Origin: Sphingobium bisphenolivorans
GTDB taxonomy: Bacteria; Pseudomonadota; Alphaproteobacteria; Sphingomonadales; Sphingomonadaceae
DNA length: 32,000 nt
Direction: 5' to 3'
Assembly: GCF_000412635.1 (NCBI RefSeq)
Contig: NZ_ASTG01000006.1
Coordinates: forward strand, 3,254-35,253
Positions 27,389 through 32,000 of the stretch are shown one piece after another; position 1 is the first letter of the stretch; each line of letters begins with the position of its first letter. A program made the translations under genes and the position numbers. The notes under the pieces were generated by a model, which did no database searches, was not told where the DNA came from, and was given only the letters and a program-made list of their open reading frames with translations.

Positions 27389-28561
27389 TCACGGCTGATC
27401 GCGGCGCAGCAAGATCATCGCTCCGACCGAAGCGATGGCGCAGAAGGTCGCGACACTCGTCATGGGCGTGAGCGCGCCTGTCATGGCCGCCAGCAGCAGC
27501 AGGATCAGCGCGCTGGCTGGCGTGAAAATCATCCATGGCCTGATGCCGCCCGTCCTATGCCGCCGATCCGCCACTTGCACGATCGCGAGCAGCAGGGCGA
27601 GGTAGATTGTCCCCATCGTATCGCCCGACAAGGCGATGCCGAGCAGCGCGACAGCAGGCGTGACGAAGGCCGTCCAGCCCATGGGCGGTGAGCGGAGCGC
27701 CAGTTCGTCCAAACGATCGGCTATTTCCGCCAGCAGCAGCGCCAGCAACAACAGGCAAAATCCCGCGCCAACCCAGAGCAGTTCGATCGGCACCAGCCCG
27801 ATCGCCCCCAGCACCATGGCCGCGATCCGCATTTGCGGCGCCGGCACCTGCATGCGCATCAGCGCCGGACCGACGAGCCGGGCCAGCGGAGCCAGCAGAT
27901 AATGTTCGGCGCCGCCCCGCGACTGCTGGAGCCGGGGGCCGCTCGACAGCACCGCCTGCGCGGCGACATCAGCCTGTTCCTGCCCATCGACGAGAGCAAC
28001 CCGCCCCTCCAGCAGATCATCCTGCGGCACCGTGACGCGTCGCGCACCGGCCTGAACCGCGCTACGCACCAGAGTCAGCGACAGGTCCCAGTCGCCGATC
28101 ATATCGAGCGTGTTGAACAGCAGGTCGGGGCTGATCCGCGCCAGGCCGGCCCAGCGCTGCCCGGCGTCGATCCGTTCGAACGGCGCGCTCGCCCGGCTGT
28201 CGTCGGTTACCAGCAGCGCATTTCCTTGCCGCTCCGCCATCGCCTCGAAATGACCCTGCGCCACGATCGCGCCATCTGCGACCAGCAGCGTATCGGCGTC
28301 GCGCGGAGCATCGCGAACCATGGACACCATGTCGCGGATCAGCGCGACCGCGATACCGTCCGCCGAAAGACGATCGACGGCCTGCGACAAAGCAGGCGTA
28401 ATCACGCTGACGACGATCATGATCCGGTCCGCACCAGCCCGCGCAGCTTGGCGTGCCTGATATTCCACCAGTGTCTGACCTGCGAAGTGCAGGCTGCCAC
28501 GAAGCGGTGCAGCCGGATCACCGGACGTCCGGCTCGCGCTGAGAATGGCTGCAAATGTCAT
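27389..28561 (-). CDS. Degenerate nucleotidyltransferase-like domain fused to a polytopic membrane domain (resembles NTase + CDP-alcohol phosphatidyltransferase architecture)
   Basis: MTFAAILSASRTSGDPAAPLRGSLHFAGQTLVEYQARQAARAGADRIMIVV... N-terminus followed by several TM helices (MRIAAMVLGAIGLVPIELLWVGAGFCLLLLALLLAEIADRLDEL...). Confidence 0.6.
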   Translation of the reverse strand: MTFAAILSASRTSGDPAAPLRGSLHFAGQTLVEYQARQAARAGADRIMIVVSVITPALSQAVDRLSADGIAVALIRDMVSMVRDAPRDADTLLVADGAIVAQGHFEAMAERQGNALLVTDDSRASAPFERIDAGQRWAGLARISPDLLFNTLDMIGDWDLSLTLVRSAVQAGARRVTVPQDDLLEGRVALVDGQEQADVAAQAVLSSGPRLQQSRGGAEHYLLAPLARLVGPALMRMQVPAPQMRIAAMVLGAIGLVPIELLWVGAGFCLLLLALLLAEIADRLDELALRSPPMGWTAFVTPAVALLGIALSGDTMGTIYLALLLAIVQVADRRHRTGGIRPWMIFTPASALILLLLAAMTGALTPMTSVATFCAIASVGAMILLRRDQP

Positions 28562-28640
28562 GCCGTTGAGAAACCGACCCGATCGTTGTTCGACCCACCT
28601 TTTTGCAAGCCGGGCGCCATCACGCAAGCCGGGTGGCGCT

Positions 28641-28943
28641 TCACCCCTCGGAAAGCTCATCCAGCATGGCGCGCAACCGGCGCAGCACGCGCGGATCACC
28701 GGGTGCCGAATCGGCTGCCTCGTCCGCCATCGCAATCAGGCTGCTCATGCCGAAACTCGCCGCCAGCCCCTTCAGCCGCCATGCGGCCAGTTCCCAGTTC
28801 GCGTCGCAGCGTGCCCGGCGTAGCAGATCGAATTGCCGCTCGGCGCTTTCCATGAAGGCGACGCGCAGGTCGGCAATCAGCGTACGGTCGTCGCCCACCG
28901 CAGCGGCTAGGGCAGCATTCAGGGCGCCTGGATCGTAGGACAT
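28641..28943 (-). CDS. Hpt-like protein lacking the phospho-histidine
   Basis: 100 aa; AAWRLKGLAASFGMSSLIAMADEAADS aligns by eye with canonical (A)HxLKGxAxxxGxxxLxxxxxxxE, with Arg in place of His (codon 28776-28778). Confidence 0.65.
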   Translation of the reverse strand: MSYDPGALNAALAAAVGDDRTLIADLRVAFMESAERQFDLLRRARCDANWELAAWRLKGLAASFGMSSLIAMADEAADSAPGDPRVLRRLRAMLDELSEG

Positions 28944-29014
28944 AGGGCGAACGCTATCTGGCTTGCGTTAAGTTTTGGTAACAGGCCATTTTCGTTCGTC
29001 GAAAAGCTGCTAGG

Positions 29015-31696
29015 ATGCGCGGCATGAATGGGGGCAGCACAATCGTCGAATTTTGGCGAGACAATAAGGCAGCGGCCGATAACGCCGCGCAGGCCGAGGA
29101 TATCCTGCTTTTGGATCAGGCTGCACCTGATCTGGAGCAAGAGTCACTCGCCGCTGATGAGGCCGAAGGCTCCGTCCGCGGCGCGCAGATCGCGTTCCTA
29201 ATAGCCGGGCTGGTTTGGCTCGTCTTCGCCGCTTGGGCAACCATATCGTCGGGCCAGTGGCAGGCTGGTCCTGCCGGGTGGCCGGGACTGGTTGCGACCA
29301 TTCTCATCCCCCTGACGCTTCTTGGTGTTTGCTATCTTCTGCTCCTGCGCAACAGCCGCACCGAAGCGCGGCGCTATATCGACACGGCCCGAACGCTCCG
29401 CGCAGAGGCGGAGTTGCTTGAGCTTCGCCTTGGCCGGATCGCTCGTCAGCTCGAAACGGCGCGGCAGACGATGCACGACCAGGCCGAATTGCTCGACAGC
29501 TATGGCGCCGCCGCAAGCAGCAATATGGAGGCTTCGGCGGAGTTGATCGCCGGCCGGGCGAACAGCACAGCGGAACGCGCCGAAGCAGCGGAACAGGCCG
29601 CGCTCGCCCTTGTCCAGCGGATGGAAACGCTCATCGGCTCCATTCCAGAACTGGAGGATCGCGCGACTCGCATGGCCGCGCGGATCATCGACAATGGCCA
29701 CGCGCTGTCCGAGCGGATCGACACACTGGAAGCCCGCCTGCATGCTCTCGGCGAACTGTCCGACGACGCTCGTACGCGCACACTTTCGGCGACCAAGAGC
29801 CTGTCCAGCCAGCTTACCCAGCTTCAGGAGGCGACACGGTCTGCCACGCAGGAGGTCAATGGCCTTGCCGATTTGGCCGCCAACCGGATCGACGTCACCA
29901 CCCAGAATGCCCGCCTGGCGCTGGAGGATAGCCGTCAGGATATCGAGCAGCAGGCAAGTTCGCTCGAATGTCTGGTCGCCCGCATCCGCGACAATGTGTC
30001 CGACACCACGCGTTCGATGGCGGCGGCGCTGACGCGGGAACTGGACAATGCCGAAGCGGACGTGCGGCAGCGGCTCGAAGCGTCACTCGCCAGTGCGCGG
30101 GAAAGCATGGCTGCGACGGATGCTGACCTCTCTGCGCAGGCGGTATCGCTGCGCACGCTCATCGAAGAAGCACGTTCGGGCATCGTCGGTACCAGCCAGA
30201 CGGCACTTGCCACCCTGTCCCGCGACGCACAGGCGATCGAGGCCGAGTTGCACGATCGGATCGCCGCTGCCGTGGCGCAAGCGCGTGAAAGCCTGAGCTT
30301 CACGGAGGCCGGAATCACGCGTCAGACCGAAGCGCTCGACGCACTGATCGCACGCTCCCGCACGAGCATTGAGGCAATCGGCAATGATTCTGTCGCTCAT
30401 CTGGCGGATCATGTCGCGGAAGTTGAAAGCCGCCTGCATCAGATCAACGATCTGGTCGAGGGTCAACGGACGCTCGTTTCAGGGCTTCAGACCAACCTCA
30501 ACGAAGCGGTAGACGCCGCGCAATCGCGCTTCACGGCGATGGAAGACGCCGCCCTCGCCCGCAACGAGCGGCTGACCGAGGCATTATCTCGCCTGACGGC
30601 TGAAACCCAGCGCATCGACAGCGCGCTCGCGCAAGGCGGTATCACGGCCGAAAAGCTGATCGGCAGTGCGGAAACCCTGCTGGTCGCGCTCGATTCGAGT
30701 GTGCGCGAGCTGGACGAAACCTTCCCCGCGGCGCTGGAGCGCTTTAACGGGCGCATCGAAAGCAGCCGGACTTTGCTCGACAGTGCAGCGCCCGAGATCG
30801 AACGGCTGGAGGCCATTTCCGAGGCACTCGTCGGACGCACGCAGGAGGCGGAGGAACTGCTCCGCGGTCAGGGCCGTCGCCTCACCGAATGGTTGGAAAG
30901 CACGCAGAGCGGCGTCGATGCCAATCGCGAGCTGGTCGAAAAGCTACGCACCGCGCTCGACAATGCGCATCAGGACGCGACCCGCATTACCGAGGGCGCC
31001 GGGCCGCTGCTGGTCACCGCGCTGCTCCGCGTCAAGGATACGGCGGATCAAGCAGCCGAACGCGCCCGCCAAGCCCTGAGCCGGGCCATTCCCGATGCCG
31101 CCCAGTCGTTGGCTGACGCCAGTGAGGCCGCCATGCAGCGGGCGATCGACGAAAAGGTCACCGCGCAGATCGAGATGGTCGCGCAAGTCGCGGAGGAAGC
31201 GGTCAAGGCCGCGCACCAGGCGTCCGATCGCCTGACCCGGCAGTTGCTGACGATCGCCGACACGAGCGCCGGGTTGGAGGCGCGGATCGAGGAAGCGCAG
31301 CGGGCAGCCGAAGACCGCGACCGGGAACATTTCGCCCGCCGCTCCGCGCTTATCATCGAATCGCTCAACAGCACCGCCATCGACGTCTCCAAGATTCTGT
31401 CGAACGACGTCACCGACTCTGCCTGGTCAGCCTATCTCAAGGGTGATCGCGGGGTGTTCACCCGCCGCGCCGTCAAGCTGCTCGACGCTGGTGAATCCCG
31501 CGAGATCGCGCTTCATTACGACAGCGATCCTGAATTTCAGGAGCATGTGAACCGCTACATCCATGATTTCGAATCGATGCTGCGGATCATCCTGTCGGCG
31601 CGAGACGGCAATGCGCTGGGCGTAGCGCTGCTCTCGTCTGACATGGGCAAGCTCTATGTCGCGCTGGCACAGGCGATCGAACGGCTGAGGCAGTAG
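29015..31696 (+). CDS. Large membrane-anchored coiled-coil protein of unknown function
   Basis: 893-aa ORF; two TM helices (AQIAFLIAGLVWLVFAAWATI; GLVATILIPLTLLGVCYLLLL) then about 700 aa of alpha-helical heptad-like sequence and a folded C-terminus; start may be 29015 or 29024. Confidence 0.85.
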   Translation: MRGMNGGSTIVEFWRDNKAAADNAAQAEDILLLDQAAPDLEQESLAADEAEGSVRGAQIAFLIAGLVWLVFAAWATISSGQWQAGPAGWPGLVATILIPLTLLGVCYLLLLRNSRTEARRYIDTARTLRAEAELLELRLGRIARQLETARQTMHDQAELLDSYGAAASSNMEASAELIAGRANSTAERAEAAEQAALALVQRMETLIGSIPELEDRATRMAARIIDNGHALSERIDTLEARLHALGELSDDARTRTLSATKSLSSQLTQLQEATRSATQEVNGLADLAANRIDVTTQNARLALEDSRQDIEQQASSLECLVARIRDNVSDTTRSMAAALTRELDNAEADVRQRLEASLASARESMAATDADLSAQAVSLRTLIEEARSGIVGTSQTALATLSRDAQAIEAELHDRIAAAVAQARESLSFTEAGITRQTEALDALIARSRTSIEAIGNDSVAHLADHVAEVESRLHQINDLVEGQRTLVSGLQTNLNEAVDAAQSRFTAMEDAALARNERLTEALSRLTAETQRIDSALAQGGITAEKLIGSAETLLVALDSSVRELDETFPAALERFNGRIESSRTLLDSAAPEIERLEAISEALVGRTQEAEELLRGQGRRLTEWLESTQSGVDANRELVEKLRTALDNAHQDATRITEGAGPLLVTALLRVKDTADQAAERARQALSRAIPDAAQSLADASEAAMQRAIDEKVTAQIEMVAQVAEEAVKAAHQASDRLTRQLLTIADTSAGLEARIEEAQRAAEDRDREHFARRSALIIESLNSTAIDVSKILSNDVTDSAWSAYLKGDRGVFTRRAVKLLDAGESREIALHYDSDPEFQEHVNRYIHDFESMLRIILSARDGNALGVALLSSDMGKLYVALAQAIERLRQ
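29951..30466 (+). repeat. Protein-level tandem repeat, 62-aa (186-nt) period, about 2.8 copies inside the coiled-coil gene
   Basis: Units start at 29951 (QASSLECLVARIRDNVSDTTRSM...), 30137 (QAVSLRTLIEEARSGIVGTSQTA...) and 30323 (QTEALDALIARSRTSIEAIGNDS...), ungapped register. Confidence 0.7.
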
Positions 31697-31716
31697 CGCC
31701 AGCAGCCGCAGTAATA

Positions 31717-32000
31717 TTATCGGGCGAGCGCGTCATTGGGATCGATCGCCCGTATAGCCGTCGTCGGTGGATTGACGTCGGCCGCTATCTGGGCCGCCGT
31801 TAGCGTTGCCGGCGCTTCCGAAGCGAGCGTTACTTCCCGATCCACATAGACGTCGAAAGCCGTGCCCGCCGGCAATTTGACCTCCTTGCCCCGGACCAGA
31901 AAGGCGAGCGGCAGGAAGACGACACCGGCTCCAACCGAACCTAAGGTTCCCGATCCCCCCTTCGCGTTCCACTCGCCGCGCACGGGCACCTCCGCCTGCC
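31717..32000 (-). CDS. C-terminal part of an unidentified protein continuing beyond the window end
   Basis: Open reverse frame to the window edge: ...QAEVPVRGEWNAKGGSGTLGSVGAGVVFLPLAFLVRGKEVKLPAGTAFDVYVDREVTLASEA... Confidence 0.6.
   Translation of the reverse strand, partial: QAEVPVRGEWNAKGGSGTLGSVGAGVVFLPLAFLVRGKEVKLPAGTAFDVYVDREVTLASEAPATLTAAQIAADVNPPTTAIRAIDPNDALAR

Noticed and set aside
28968-28978. CtrA-type site (TTAAGTTTTGGTAAC) between the Hpt-like and coiled-coil genes
   Set aside because: Second half (TAAC) does not match TTAA; too weak to call
1-32000. CRISPR arrays, tRNA or rRNA genes, transposases
   Set aside because: No regularly spaced direct repeats, no cloverleaf/GGTTCGAATC-type signatures and no transposase or integrase motifs seen by eye

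Overview
The window is high-GC alphaproteobacterial DNA, most likely Sphingomonadaceae by gene content and protein style. It has three parts. (1) 1-13,531, minus strand: a near-complete RcGTA-type gene transfer agent structural cluster. The order is small terminase-like g1, large terminase g2, portal g3, g3.5, prohead protease g4, capsid g5, adaptor g6, a very short g7-slot ORF, g8 (DUF3168), tail tube g9, g10, g10.1, g11, a large fused g12 (576-aa N-terminal extension plus DUF2460), g13 (DUF2163), g14 (NlpC/P60) and the start of g15. It is interrupted by a YjaB-like acetyltransferase gene, a glycine-zipper protein gene, a small secreted-protein gene and several short palindromic REP-like elements. 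(2) 13.7-24.8 kb: mostly housekeeping genes: GST, TonB-like protein, YqaA/DedA-like protein, lnt, metK, lexA, comEC, gltX, gltA. There is a candidate operator before metK and a consensus alphaproteobacterial LexA box before lexA. (3) 24.8-29.0 kb, minus strand: an unusual block. It has a PAS/HisKA/HATPase protein whose phospho-acceptor His is Arg, a translationally coupled unknown protein, a degenerate nucleotidyltransferase-like protein fused to a polytopic membrane domain, and an Hpt-like protein whose phospho-His is also Arg. Divergent from it is an 893-aa membrane-anchored coiled-coil protein with exact-length 62-aa repeats. The block of His-lacking signalling proteins is the best candidate for an under-described system. 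All family calls come from motif recognition; no searches were run.
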